From assembly GCA_030265395.1 (NCBI GenBank), contig JARFYF010000094.1, positions 73,500,164 to 73,564,163 on the forward strand: a stretch of 64,000 bases of DNA, given 5' to 3'. The translations under genes were made by a program, and so were the position numbers. The stretch comes from Rhina ancylostomus. Its lineage: Eukaryota. Below, in pieces: positions 51,391 through 64,000 of the stretch. The notes beneath the pieces were generated by a model, which was not told the origin of the DNA, searched no databases, and saw nothing but the letters and a program-made list of their open reading frames with translations. Within the stretch, counting starts at the first letter, position 1. The number at the start of each line of letters is the position of its first letter.

Positions 51391-52297
51391 TGACTGTTCT
51401 GTTCCTGAGAACTGTTTGTAATTCGGAAACTAACAAAAAAGTGTCTGGAAGAAGATCACAGGAACGGCTGTGATGGGAGAATGAACCGGCTCGGCCTCAC
51501 TGACTCAGTGAGTGAGTCTTGTTGNNNNNNNNNNNNNNNNNNNNNNNNNNNNNNNNNNNNNNNNNNNNNNNNNNNNNNNNNNNNNNNNNNNNNNNNNNNN
51601 NNNNNNNNNNNNNNNNNNNNNNNNNNNNNNNNNNNNNNNNNNNNNNNNNNNNNNNNNNNNNNNNNNNNNNNNNNNNNNNNNNNNNNNNNNNNNNNNNNNN
51701 NNNNNNNNNNNNNNNNNNNNNNNNNNNNNNNNNNNNNNNNNNNNNNNNNNNNNNNNNNNNNNNNNNNNNNNNNNNNNNNNNNNNNNNNNNNNNNNNNNNN
51801 NNNNNNNNNNNNNNNNNNNNNNNNNNNNNNNNNNNNNNNNNNNNNNNNNNNNNNNNNNNNNNNNNNNNNNNNNNNNNNNNNNNNNNNNNNNNNNNNNNNN
51901 NNNNNNNNNNNNNNNNNNNNNNNNNNNNNNNNNNNNNNNNNNNNNNNNNNNNNNNNNNNNNNNNNNNNNNNNNNNNNNNNNNNNNNNNNNNNNNNNNNNN
52001 NNNNNNNNNNNNNNNNNNNNNNNNNNNNNNNNNNNNNNNNNNNNNNNNNNNNNNNNNNNNNNNNNNNNNNNNNNNNNNNNNNNNNNNNNNNNNNNNNNNN
52101 NNNNNNNNNNNNNNNNNNNNNNNNNNNNNNNNNNNNNNNNNNNNNNNNNNNNNNNNNNNNNNNNNNNNNNNNNNNNNNNNNNNNNNNNNNNNNNNNNNNN
52201 NNNNNNNNNNNNNNNNNNNNNNNNNNNNNNNNNNNNNNNNNNNNNNNNNNNNNNNNNNNNNNNNNNNNNNNNNNNNNNNNNNNNNNNNNNNNNNNNN

Positions 52298-52480
52298 TCC
52301 TCCGGGTGCTCCGGTTTCCTCCCACATTCCAAAGACGTACGGGTTAGGAAGTTGTGGGCATGCTATTGTTGGCGGCGGAAGCGTGGCAACACTTGCGGGC
52401 TGCCCCCAGAACATTCTGCACAAAGATGCATTTCACTGTGTGTTTTAATGTACATGTGACTAATAAATATACCTTAATAT
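52298..52480 (+). mobile_element. Young V-SINE-type SINE (5' part lost in the gap)
   Basis: tcctccgggtgctccggtttcctcccacattccaaagacgtacggg; CpGs retained; same family as 10600-10850. Confidence 0.82.
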
Positions 52481-52484
52481 CTTA

Positions 52485-53760
52485 CTGATATTTCTTTACC
52501 CTGCTCATTCCCTAAAATTAAATTACACTTGCTCTGCCCTTTTTTTGGACTTGCTGTACACTAACCAAAAAAGGTCTCCTGAATCCAATTTAGAAATCCT
52601 GTGTCCTCAATACCATTCACACCATTTCTCAGTTAACATTAGGGCAATTGAAATCTCACACTGTTACTGTCCTCGAATTTGTGCATGTCAGAAAGTCGAC
52701 AACGTATTTGCTCTTCTATTTCCCTTGGAATATCTGTCATATACTCCCTATCTTTGTCCTTTAGCCTTCCTTGACAGCCCTCCAAACATATTACCCCTTT
52801 TTACAGTTGTGCTTGTTTCTTTACCCAATATGGTCTAATACCTCTCTTTTATCTCCTTATCTTGTCTGAAAGCTGTGTAACCAGAAAGGTTAAGATGCCA
52901 ATCCTGCCCTCTTTAAGCCCATGCTCTAGTAGTACTTACAATTTATTTCCACATGTCTGTGTGGGCTTTATCTGCCTTATTTACCAAATTCCTTGTTTTA
53001 GGTACATAGCATTAAACACAGCCAGTCTCCTTAATTATCCCATTAATTTTTCACTATTTCTGTCCTCCATTTCCAGCTCTGTATTCCTCACTTCTCAAAC
53101 TTTGCTCAGCTTCCTATCTCACTGCTAAATAAATTTAAAATCTCCCTGATAGCACTGCCAAAACTATCTAGCCCTGTGATGTAGAACCCATGTGGCCTAC
53201 ATAATTTTCCCTTTCCCCAGAACTAGTCCCAATTCTCCAGGAACCCTGCCCCTGCAGAATATTCAGCAGCTGCTCAGTAATATTCTCAATCCTGGAGCTA
53301 GTGAGGTAATGTACCAACCTGGAATCACACCTGTCACCAGAAACACCTCTCTGCTCATTGGCTATAGGATCTGCCACTACTATCACTTGAAATCTTTCTC
53401 CTCTCACCCTATCCAGCTATGACAGCCATAGTGCTGTGGTCTTGACATTGGCTGCACTCTGCAGAGGAAACATTACCCTCCCCCCCACACTCAGAACCAA
53501 ATAATGGTTCAAACATCCAGACTCGCTTCTCCTGCACAGCACCACGAGGCACCTCCAGACTTGGCACCAAACCCTCTGTGACCTACAGAGTGAAGCAACC
53601 CCCACACTGTCTTGTCGTTATCACTAGACCAAGTCCAAAACCTGTTCTCAACATAGTGAAGTTACTGCTGCACCGTATCACTGGATGCCTCCAGACCAGG
53701 CTCTCAAAACGTGCAGATTGAAGCTTATCTTGAACACAGTGAAATCATCTATGACTCAGG
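52485..53760 (-). mobile_element. Decayed CR1 ORF1 (SGNH esterase-like) and endonuclease start
   Basis: Minus ORF VIVVADPI...DSRLV...ENITEQLLNILQGQG resembles CR1 ORF1 VVGDS...DSRMVCCLPGA. Confidence 0.7.
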
Positions 53761-55059
53761 CTCCAAATTTGACACAGGGTATGTATTCCATGGGTCTGGG
53801 TGCCTGTCATACTTCCAATTATTAGATTAACTTGCACAATAAAAATAAGTGGGATTTAAAGGCAACCCAACCTTCAGCTTTTCCCTTTGTACTGACCACA
53901 GTAAGCCAATCACAGGCTTGCCTTTCTGTGACATTACATTTCATTTTTTTTCATTTCTCATTCTCTGCTTCTCTTTTTTATCTCGCTCAATTACTCCAGC
54001 TATCTCCTGTCATTGTTTTCTGCTTTCTCTCCCAAGCACTCCTTGTACCAGAACAGCATCTCTTCCAAATGCACCAAAGTACTAAGTTTAATACAGTACT
54101 CTGTAGTAAAACTGGACTTTGGGCTACTTTCATGATCACATAGACCAGAACACTTCTCATTGCTGCAACGTGAGCTAACAACGTCAAAGTCTAATTCAAT
54201 CTGCAAAGAGCAAGACCTTAAAAATGGCAATAAAATAAATCACCAAGTAACTGCTAGTTGATGGATAAATGTTGACCAGGTTTGAGACATTCTTGAGCTG
54301 TTTTTTGGGTAGTGGCAGCTGGTACTCAGGAAAAAATCCTTAAGATGAAAATCCCTGAAAATAGAAGTAGAATACAATGTCAAATGGGGAAAACTGGAAG
54401 ATCTATTTCTGATCTGACCTCTTATTGAATGGTGGAGCAGTTGAGTGGCCTACTCCTGCTCTTATTTCATGTTAATTATTATGTTCTTCGTGTGCACCTT
54501 GGGCGATTCCATCAGCCCTGATTTATGATAAAAAACATCAACCACCGACCATGAGGTCATTTTTGCCCTAGACGGGATTAGATCCCAAACCTATCCAGTT
54601 AAATAATTGGTTGAAAGCTCACAGAGAAATGCCACTTATATTTTGTTAAAGGCTTTGTTATGGCATTGTCTACCTCTTCTTAAACAGATATAGTGAAGAT
54701 GCCTTCAGATTGCTGTTAGGTATTGTGTTCCAGTAAAATAGTGCAATTTGCTGCATCAACCAACATTGAGTGTATCCGCAAGTACAATAGGATACCTGTG
54801 CCAAAAAATCAAGCTTGCAATTCCCGGCTAATTTTGCTGATTGTTACCTCTCTCTATATTCATATTCAGTCTTCATTCACATTTTTCTACTATTGGATAT
54901 GAGTAGATCCAATAACTCCTTTTTTGAAAAGCTCTGTTGATATTTGGGAGCATTGAACAGCTAAAGCAATCTCTAAGTTTAATTTTCAGTATTTTTCAAA
55001 AGTAAATGATTATTCTTGATATAAGCATATGTCAATTTCCCAATAGATTAGGTACTGGT

Positions 55060-55400
55060 TAGAGTCAGAGTTATACAGCACGGAAACAGGCCCTTCAGAT
55101 CCATTGGTCCATGCTGATCAAGATGCTCATCTAAGCTAGTCCCATCTGCCAGTGTTTGGCCCAAATCTCTCTAAACCTTTCCAATCCATGTACCAGTCCA
55201 ACTGTCTTTTAAAAGTTGTTAACGTACCTGCTTCAACCACTTCCTCTGGCAGTTGATTCCACATACCACACTATGTGTAAAAAAAAAGTTGCCCCTCAAG
55301 TTCCTACTAAATCTTTCCCCTCTCACCTTAAATCTATGTCCTCTAGTTCTTAATTCCCCAACTTTAGGGAAAAAAGACTGAGTGCATTCACCCTATCTCT
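55060..55400 (-). mobile_element. CR1 3' end, same subfamily as 615-1793
   Basis: agagttatacagcacggaaacaggcccttc...ctaagctagtccca...cttcctctggcag. Confidence 0.88.
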
Positions 55401-56643
55401 GCTTTTTCACCTTCCTGACTCTGTCTCAATTCAGTTATGGAATGAAAGAATCTTTCTGCTAATTGTAAGGGTTTAGGCAGCCAGAATCAAATTCATAATG
55501 AGCATAAAAATCTGGCCAAGAAACAATCAAGCAGGCTTGAGCTTGTTGTTGTATTAACAACAACTGTCAACTGGGAAATATTCTTTGAGAGTGGTTGAGG
55601 TATGTTAATGGACAGTGTAGAAAAAGTTTTGGGCCATGTATCATAGGGCTGTAACTGCAGCAGAACTTGGGACCTTGACAGCTGAGAGCACAGTCTCCAG
55701 AGGTGGAATGATTAAGTCAAGAAGCCACCTATTTTGGAGAGTTGAAACATGACACAAACTTAGATTTTTTCCCCATAAACATTACAGACTTTGATTAGAT
55801 TTAAGAACTGCATAGTAAAAAAAGAATACACATTTGCCATATTATCATCCTTCTGAGATTAAAAGAAATAACATTTCAAAAAATGGAAACTAGACAGAAC
55901 AGTCGTTTTATATATACACAAAACAACTATCTTTGCCCTATCTCATGGCAGTATCCCATAGAGATCAGTGTCGAGAAAACTGTTATTTACCGTTTTCATT
56001 GATGATCTGCGTGTTGATATTAGGAGAATAATCCACAATGTTGCAGTTGATACCAAGGTATAAGCAAGAGTTAGGATAGTAACAGATGCTTGATCACTGC
56101 AAGCACAGCAGGATATGCTGGGAGTCAGAGAAATTGTTAGGTCAATGCTTTGTAACTTAAGAAAGTGTAGTATTATGCATAGAAATCAAACCTACATTTA
56201 CCTTTGAGAGAAAATAATTAAACTTGGTGACGAAATGAAGATATCTGGATGCTTAAGAGCATTTCTAAAGTCCGTAACAAAGGCTATTAATCTAGCTAAA
56301 GTAAACACAGTTTTGGAGTGCAATCACAGGGAAATTGCTTGAAACAAAATATTATTTGATCATGGCTAAACCTCAGTTAAAATACAGTTGCCTCATTTTG
56401 TTGCCCTCCTAATGATGGGCTAAATTGAGGCACTGGAAATGCAGTTGACAAAAGCCACAAGATTCATTCCCAGTTTTGTTCTCGGATAGATTCAATGAGC
56501 TGGATATCGATGCTGTCAGAAGTATGAAGGTGGGATTTTTGACTGAATTTTTTGAATCAATTATTGTATATGTAGACTAATTATTTCAACTGAATAGATT
56601 AGGCCTCTGAACTTAACTAGCTTAGATTTTGTCTCATTGCAGA

Positions 56644-57023
56644 TACAGGTAGTTCTGCTTCTCGTGTTATCCTGCATGAAAGGGAAAGATTTACAAGGTT
56701 ATGGTCCAAATGTTAGCAAATGGGACAAGCCTGGATGGGCATCTTGGTCAGCATGGACCAGTTGGGCCAAAGGGTCTGTTACCACACCGTATGACTCTAT
56801 GACTCTATTTCCACAACAGGAATTGGTTATAATGCGGTTGATGGGTTAGGGAGCACTATTTGCATTTTGTGGGCCATGTTGCTTATCGTGCGATTGAAAT
56901 CAGGGAAAACCTGTTTATATCAGTGCTTTTAAGGAACTACAGTCTATTCTGCTATAACACAACTTTCTATAATGCAAGGTTTCTTAGGAATGTAACTACC
57001 ATATTATAGCAGAACCATACGTA
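56644..57023. mobile_element. Tigger-like MITE with a nested CR1 3' fragment (about 56675-56808)
   Basis: TA-CAGGTAGTTCTGCT at the left end and ttatagcagaaccatacg-TA at the right end; CR1 tail inside. Confidence 0.6.
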
Positions 57024-57574
57024 ATGTGATTTACCTCCATCAGCCTTCAATGGTAGGATCAGGAAATGTTTTTCTGGCTTTCCCACAATTGTGCTTTTTT
57101 TTATTCCCCACCCTCTCTCTGACTGAAGGTTACATGGCTCCAGTTGGGCAGAAAATGAAAATGCAGTTGGCATCAGACAGGTCTTTAAATCTAATGCAAT
57201 TATTTTACCCTACAGTTAGAATTACAATTAAATGAAGTTTTAAACTTGTGTCAACTATTTTAAAGAATCCACTATAATACAGATTCTAATGCAAATATTA
57301 TACTACAGTACTACATGAAAATATGTCAAATGTCATTAGGCTGATGACTCTCATCACAATCCAGTTATAAATAAGCAGTCTCCAACACCAGGTTGCAAAA
57401 TGAATACTTCAAGAAATTTGCTTCTTTATGAAATGTTCAAATATGAATGAAAGCTAGCCACATTTTGTGATCAGTTGGTCAGATTGGGAGCTGGTGGAGA
57501 GGTTTAAGTGATAGTGTCTGCCTTGGTTTGTTAAAAGCATGGAAATCTCCTGTCAACTGATCAAAGGATGAAAT

Positions 57575-59045
57575 GGAACACAGAAGAGTACAGCACAGGA
57601 ACAGGCCCTTTGGCCCACGATATTGCACCAAACTAATTAAGCCAATGACACCTAATTAAAGTAGTCACTTCTGCCTGCACGGGGTCCATATCCCTTCATT
57701 CTCTGTATATTGATGTACCTATCTAAGAGACTCTTTGTATCTGCATCCACCACCAGCCCTGGTAGTGTGTTCCAGGCACCCACCGCTCTCTGGTTAAAAG
57801 TATGCCATGTACCACCTTTACAACCCTGTCAACTTGTGCGGCCTCATGCAGAGAGCTATGGACTTGGACCTCAAGATCCCTATGTCAGGGGTCCTGCCAT
57901 TAACTCTACACCCTCCCTTAACATTTGATTTCCCAAAGTGCAACACCCCACATGTGCCCAGACTAAACTCCATCTGCAATTTCTCCACCCATATCTGCAA
58001 CTGATCTTTTTCNNNNNNNNNNNNNNNNNNNNNNNNNNNNNNNNNNNNNNNNNNNNNNNNNNNNNNNNNNNNNNNNNNNNNNNNNNNNNNNNNNNNNNNN
58101 NNNNNNNNNNNNGGAGATAGACAGATATCTAATTAGTCAAGGTATCAAGGGTTACGGGGATAAGGCAGGAAATTAGGGTTAAATTTTTTTCCCCCTTCCC
58201 CCTGCCACTTCTCCCTCTCATTTCCATTTCCATGGAGCAGGCTCGATGGGCCGAATGGCCACCTTCTACTCGTTTATCTTGTGTGATCTTGTGAACAGCA
58301 CTAGTCATGGACCTTGAGCCAGATTGCGACCCATTGAACACTACCCTCTGTTTTCACTGAGTAAGCCAGTTCTGAATCCAAACGGCCAAGTCACCATGGA
58401 TCCCATGCATCTTAATGTTCTGATGAGCCTACCATGAGGGACCTTGTCGAATGTCTATTGAAATCCATGTGGATAATGTCCACTGCTCTACCTTCATTGA
58501 TCACCTTCATCACCTCCTTGAAAAACTCAATCAAGTCAGTAAGACATTACTTGCCCCACACAAAACTATGTTGATTGTCCCTAATTAAGCCATGCTTTTC
58601 CAAATGTTCATAAATCCCATCCCTAAGAATCCTTTCCAATAGCTTCCCTGCCACTGACTTGAGACTCACTGGTCTATAATTTCCAGGATTATCTCTATTT
58701 CCCATTTTAAACAAAGGGACAACATTAGCGACTCGCCAGTCCTCCAAGACCTTGCCTGCAGCTGGAGAGAAAACAGATCTTGGTCAAGCCTCCAGCAATC
58801 TCATGTCTTGCCTCTCTCAATAATCTGGGGTTTATCCCATCAGGCCCTGGGGACTTGAACATCTTAATGTTCCTCAAGAGACCCAACATCACCTCCTCTT
58901 CTATCTTAAAATTTCCCGAACATATTAGCATGCCTCACAGTGATCTCACTATCTTCCGTGTACTTCTCCTTGGTGAATATCAATGCAAAGTACTCATTTA
59001 GGAGCTTGCCCACATCTCCTGCTTCCAAGCACATCTTCATCCTCA
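57575..59045 (-). mobile_element. CR1 RT and 3' end (minus), with a gap and a plus-strand CR1 tail at 58113-58290
   Basis: Minus ORFs KSPGPDGINPRLLREA, EDWRVANVVPLFKMGNRDNPGNYRPVSL, WVEKLQMEFS...VLHFG. Confidence 0.92.
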
Positions 59046-59744
59046 ATGTTTGGCAATCATTGTCTTGCTGCATAAAACTTCCTTTCTAAGATGTTCTCTT
59101 GACATACAGATTAATATTCTAAGAAAAACATTCTGAGAAAAATGTTAACAACACTACATCTTTTATTTAAATAAATTCATTTTCACCCAACTGAAGCAGA
59201 TAGATGTCCCAACATTCGGTCCATTCCCCTCCCCACCCCCTCAGCCTCCATAATACTCCATTTTCTTACTACATTATTGAGAACTGTTTCAAAGGTGCTA
59301 AAGGCTCCTCAGTTAATTTGCCCATAACATCACTGCTTATTCATGTCCCAAACTTGCCATTTAACCTTGATGACCATTACAAAGACATCTCCTGCCCACC
59401 TAGAAATGTTGCTGGTAGTTTCTGTTACTATTCTATGGATATGACATTTTCTATTCCTTGTCTTGGAAAGGTAGGTGTAGTAGTCTGCCTTCTTGAACTA
59501 TTCCGGTCCTTTTAGCGAAGATGCTTCCATCATGTTGTTAGGTTTAATACTTCAGTACTTAATTGAAATTTTCCGTCTCACTGCTATCCCCCCTATCTAC
59601 TTGTACATTAAAGATGCCCTTCATTTCTGCTGTTAACCTGGTACAGAATAAGGCAAGACTCATCTTTATCCACAGATGCCACTCTATACTACCCCTTGTA
59701 CCCCACTATGATAAGAATATTGAACAGTTCCCTTATACGATGAG

Positions 59745-59970
59745 ATGGACTCTGATCTCACGATCTACCTTGTTGTGACCTTGCACCTTATTGNNNNNNN
59801 NNNNNNNNNNNNNNNNNNNNNNNNNNNNNNNNNNNNNNNNNNNNNNNNNNNNNNNNNNNNNNNNNNNNNNNNNNNNNNNNNNNNNNNNNNNNNACGATCG
59901 GTATGCAAGACAAGTTTTTCACTGTACCTTGGTACAAGTGACAATAATAAACCAATACCAATACCAATTC
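59745..59970 (+). mobile_element. Non-LTR 3' end with (ACCAAT)n tail
   Basis: gatctacct...ccttgcaccttattg...ttttcactgtaccttggtacaagtgacaataataa(accaat)3. Confidence 0.7.
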
Positions 59971-60566
59971 AGTTTATTTACTCATTGAGTCGTCATAGTT
60001 CCCCATTTTCTTACTGCATTATTGGGCATTATATTCTCTGTGAAAATAATTTAAATTTTATTTTAAAAATGCCATGACAGGATCATAATTCCAATCCATT
60101 ATTTCTATCATGTGGAAAATAAGGACATTAATGTAAAAAGAAAGTAGTTACCTTTCTTAGAATTTTTTATGCATAAGTTTCTTTATAATTTGTTGGACTT
60201 CTAGTATTACAAGGAATTAATTCTGCTGACAAAAAAAAACAGTAATAGAATTAGGGTTCCTTTAGGATGGATTTATACATAATTTGGAAGGCAGTTGTAA
60301 CGTAATCAGAAGCACTATTTTATACGTTCAGATATGTGACTTGTAGCATTTAAATTTTTTTTGTGGTGTGCTTGTCATTAAATTTCACTAGAATAAATGG
60401 TTGAGTTACCAAAAACTTTGCAAATGCATTTTGTCAATTTGACAAATAAATACAAGGCAATTGGTATTAAAGTTTTATTTTCAGTTCTATTGACATGGAA
60501 GAGCAGTTTTGGGGGAAAAAATTATGGCACTGGTGTTATAAAGTGACTCTTTCATTTATTCATCAG

Positions 60567-60660
60567 GTTTAAATGAAGAGTTGGTCCAGCTTCTACTCAT
60601 TAGGGATGAGCTACACATGGAACAGGATGCCATGCTGGTGGACATAGAAGACCTTACCAG
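60567..60660 (+). CDS. SCHIP1: SCHIP1 internal coding exon E (94 bp, phase 1 to 2), C-terminal coiled coil
   Basis: Acceptor catcAG|GT and donor CAG|GTTAGT. Translates (S)[30 protein letters not shown](R), in frame with exon D. Confidence 0.96.
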
Positions 60661-61974
60661 GTTAGTGCTAGGTCTGAAGATGAATGGCTTCCTTTTTCTT
60701 GCAACAGTTTCAACTGGACAGCTGTGTACTTCCCCAGTGGAACATATAGCATTTTTTGACAATTTTTCTCACTGGATTCATATGTATTTTCCCTGAAACA
60801 ATTTCATCCTCTTTTTTTTAAAAAAAAAGCTAACCATACTTAGCTGAGCATAATTATTAGAAATCTGTCATGCAAAGAAGTCCCCTGCTGAACATTCAAG
60901 GCTAGCTTGTTTATACTGAAACAAAAACAAAAACTGTGGTGGGTTTAGATATACAAGTGTTCTTTTTTGTGAAATGGAACGCTTTTAAAATTTGCTGATG
61001 GATTTCTGAAAAATGTAAAACCTGTGCAACAAATTCGATAGGTAGATAGAGCAGTTGATTTTCCCTGAGCCCAGGAGATGTGTAAGAATGTGCTTCAGCT
61101 CTCTACTGGCAACATTGATTTCAGGTATTATGAGGCAACAAAAGCAAGCATGCATGTTATTTTGGAACACCAACTGCCTGCAGCCAAACCAGTATCTGAT
61201 TCCAGGGTTGTCCCTCAACCATACATTCTTGTTAGATTCAGACTGATGAACTGCCAGTTTTCTATCCAAACTCCAAATAGTATGAATGGAGAGANNNNNN
61301 NNNNNNNNNNNNNNNNNNNNNNNNNNNNNNNNNNNNNNNNNNNNNNNNNNNNNNNNNNNNNNNNNNNNNNNNNNNNNNNNNNNNNNNNNNNNNNNNNNNN
61401 NNNNNNNNNNNNNNNNNNNNNNNNNNNNNNNNNNNNNNNNNNNNNNNNNNNNNNNNNNNNNNNNNNNNNNNNNNNNNNNNNNNNNNNNNNNNNNNNNNNN
61501 NNNNNNNNNNNNNNNNNNNNNNNNNNNNNNNNNNNNNNNNNNNNNNNNNNNNNNNNNNNNNNNNNNNNNNNNNNNNNNNNNNNNNNNNNNNNNNNCAAAC
61601 ACACCTAAAAGGCTGAAGCATTCCAACCAATAGTGAATGCCTGTGGTCAATTACAATTTCCAAGTGTAGACTACCTTATCCTGTTGTAAAGGAAGAATCA
61701 GTATTCTATTCACATTTAACCTAAGAGGTCAACATATGCTCACAATATAACCAGCCAAATTACACCATGCATACACAGACTACCAGTTTGGATTTGCAGA
61801 ACTTTAAAATATTTAATACAGTAAAACTTTGTTAATTCTCTATCCGATTATACAGAAAACACAATGGTTCATTATCTGGCTCACTGGAGCCAGATGCTCC
61901 CTGAAAACTTCATTGGTTCACTGGAATAATTATTATACTACCATGTAAAATCTAAACAAAAAATCATTAATTGG

Positions 61975-62900
61975 AAGTGTGTTGGAGTTTATTTCCTTAG
62001 TTATCCAAGGCTGGCTCTCCCCGCCCTTACTGTCCTTGCTTTTAATTGGAATAAACTTTTGTTGAACACTGAAAAATTCTTCCATTGTTCCTCAACTGTC
62101 CCACCATATAGCCTGAGTTCTCATTCTACGCTAGCCAACTCCTACCCCAGCCCGTTGTAGTCTCTCTTGTCTAGGCATAATACACTGGTTTTAGATCGAA
62201 CTGTTGCACCCTCAATTTGTATGAGAGATTCAATCATACTTGATCACTCTTTCCAAGAGGATCCCTAACTACAAGATCACTAATCTTACCTGTCATTGCA
62301 CAGGACCAAATCTAAGATAGCATTTTCCCTTGTAGGTTCACTAACATGCTGTTCAAGAAAGCTATCACAGATGCATTCTATGGAGTCCTCCTCAAGACTG
62401 CATTAACCAACTTGATGTGCCCAATCTATGTGCAAGTTAAAGTCCCCCATGACAGCTGCCATTCCATTCTTACATGTGTCAGATATTTCTTGGTTTATTC
62501 CCTGTGCCAATGTAATGTTATTATTCAGTGGCCGACAGACAACTCCCATCAGTGATTTTTTTTCCCCTTTACTGTTCCTAATCTCTGCCCAGATGAACTC
62601 AACATTCTGCTCCTTAGATCTTGTATCATCTCTCACTATTGCCCTGATCTCATCCTTTTAACTAAGAATGAGATCAGGGCACTACCCCACCTCGCTTAGC
62701 TCCCTGTCTATCCTTCTGTTTTACTTGAAACCCTTAGATATTTAATCCCTAATCATCACCCTGCAATCATGTTTCTGTAATGGCACAAAATCTTACCTCT
62801 TTGTACTGATATGTGCCACAAGTTCACTGACCTTGTTTCGAATACTAAGGGCATTCAGATAAAGTGTCCTTACACTCATTGTCCTTTAGAATCTAGTAAC
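61975..62900 (-). mobile_element. CR1 endonuclease-domain fragment
   Basis: Minus ORF VEFIWAEIRN...GVVCRPLN...VMGDFNLHIDW. Confidence 0.88.
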
Positions 62901-63494
62901 CTAGTGAGAAATTGCAAGTAGCTTCTTTGTGCTAAGTGGCTGACCTTTCAGCTTTGTTCTCATTGCTAATGACTCATCAGCTCTAATCAGCTGAAATAAT
63001 ATTAGCTTTGAATGGTCCAAAAGAAAGTGCTTTGACTTTGTAACATCAAATGAGGTTACTTAAAATTTGCATAATGTTCTAATACTACTGTGGTGATCTC
63101 CCTCCCTCCTTCCTCTCCCTCTTGTACATCCATGAATTCTTTTGGACAACTCTTGCTAACTGACCATCTGAACCATTAGCAAGTGAACAGGAGCAGGGAG
63201 CCCAATGGACAGGTCCAGATCCCAATTATGTCAGCAATCACTGGGCAAGTTGCTGATACTTCCCCCAAAATCCAGGCCACTAACTCAGCTCTGCTCTGGT
63301 TATTGCCTTGGACATAGTTTGTCTTTACTGTCCAATGTTGACATGTTATGATACAACTAGATAAAACTTTCATATAAAGTGAATTGGCCCAATGTGCTGT
63401 TATTTGTGAATAAAAACTTTATGCAAGGTGTAATGTGGTCAAATGCCACTTTTCAGAAGGTGCTGACATATGCTGCTATACTTGTGGCATGGTG

Positions 63495-64000
63495 AAAATG
63501 CCCTTATTCTATCCCAAGCTACTATGGGAGGCAAGGGAGGGGATTGCTACAGAAATGTCTGCTGGTCACAGGTGAAGTGCCAGATGACTGGAGGTCAGCA
63601 AATGTGGTACCTTTATTCGGGAGGGCTGTGAGTTTAATGTAAATAGTAGTGGACTTATTAAGATAGATTCTACACTTGTTAAGTCAGGAAATTGATGGTC
63701 AACATGTTTTTGTTAGGGGGAAGATCTTCTCTGACCAATTTTTTTAAAGTAATAACCAGTATATTGATGAGAGCAGTGCATTTGATGTAGTCTACATGGA
63801 CTTTCACAAAGTCTTGGACAAGATCCCATGTGGGAGACTGGTACAAAAGGGATCCAGGGAAAGTTGACAAATTGGAACCATGTATAGGAATTGCTGCTGG
63901 GACCCCCTACTCTTTATTATATACAGTAACAATTTGGATGTGAATGTAGGAGGTATGATAAGTAAGTTCACAGATGACATGAAAATTATTGTTGTTGATA
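63495..64000 (+). mobile_element. CR1 RT fragment running off the window
   Basis: gtgccagatgactggagg (VPDDWR), gtctacatggactttcacaaa (VYMDFHK), aagttcacagatgac. Confidence 0.85.

Noticed and set aside
51496-51512. Palindrome CTCACTGA-C-TCAGTGAG containing AP-1 TGACTCA
   Set aside because: Short, at a contig edge and inside probable repeat sequence; no support for function.
51456-52459. ORFs of about 300 aa in all six frames
   Set aside because: Artefacts of the long N run; the same applies to 60985-61663.

Overview
Eukaryotic, AT-rich, gapped draft-assembly DNA. The repeat content (CR1, Penelope-like palindromes, V-SINE and Deu-SINE types) suggests a cartilaginous fish; this is an inference. 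The whole window lies inside one + strand gene, SCHIP1 (IQCJ-SCHIP1 locus). Five internal coding exons (10879-10997, 24142-24259, 29218-29415, 33720-33843, 60567-60660) have canonical AG/GT sites and compatible phases, and splice into the conserved SCHIP1 C-terminal region ([16 protein letters not shown]...DIEDLTR). The 5' exons and the last exon were not found. The introns hold many decayed CR1, RTE, L2 and Penelope retroelements, SINEs and Tigger-like MITEs. Most worth following up: decayed minimal hammerhead ribozyme motifs in Penelope-derived elements, a candidate frame-preserving 9-nt microexon, a candidate in-frame alternative acceptor, and a strong CTCF-like motif. I found no convincing new protein-coding system. 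Repeat boundaries are approximate and family names come from recalled motifs, not database searches.
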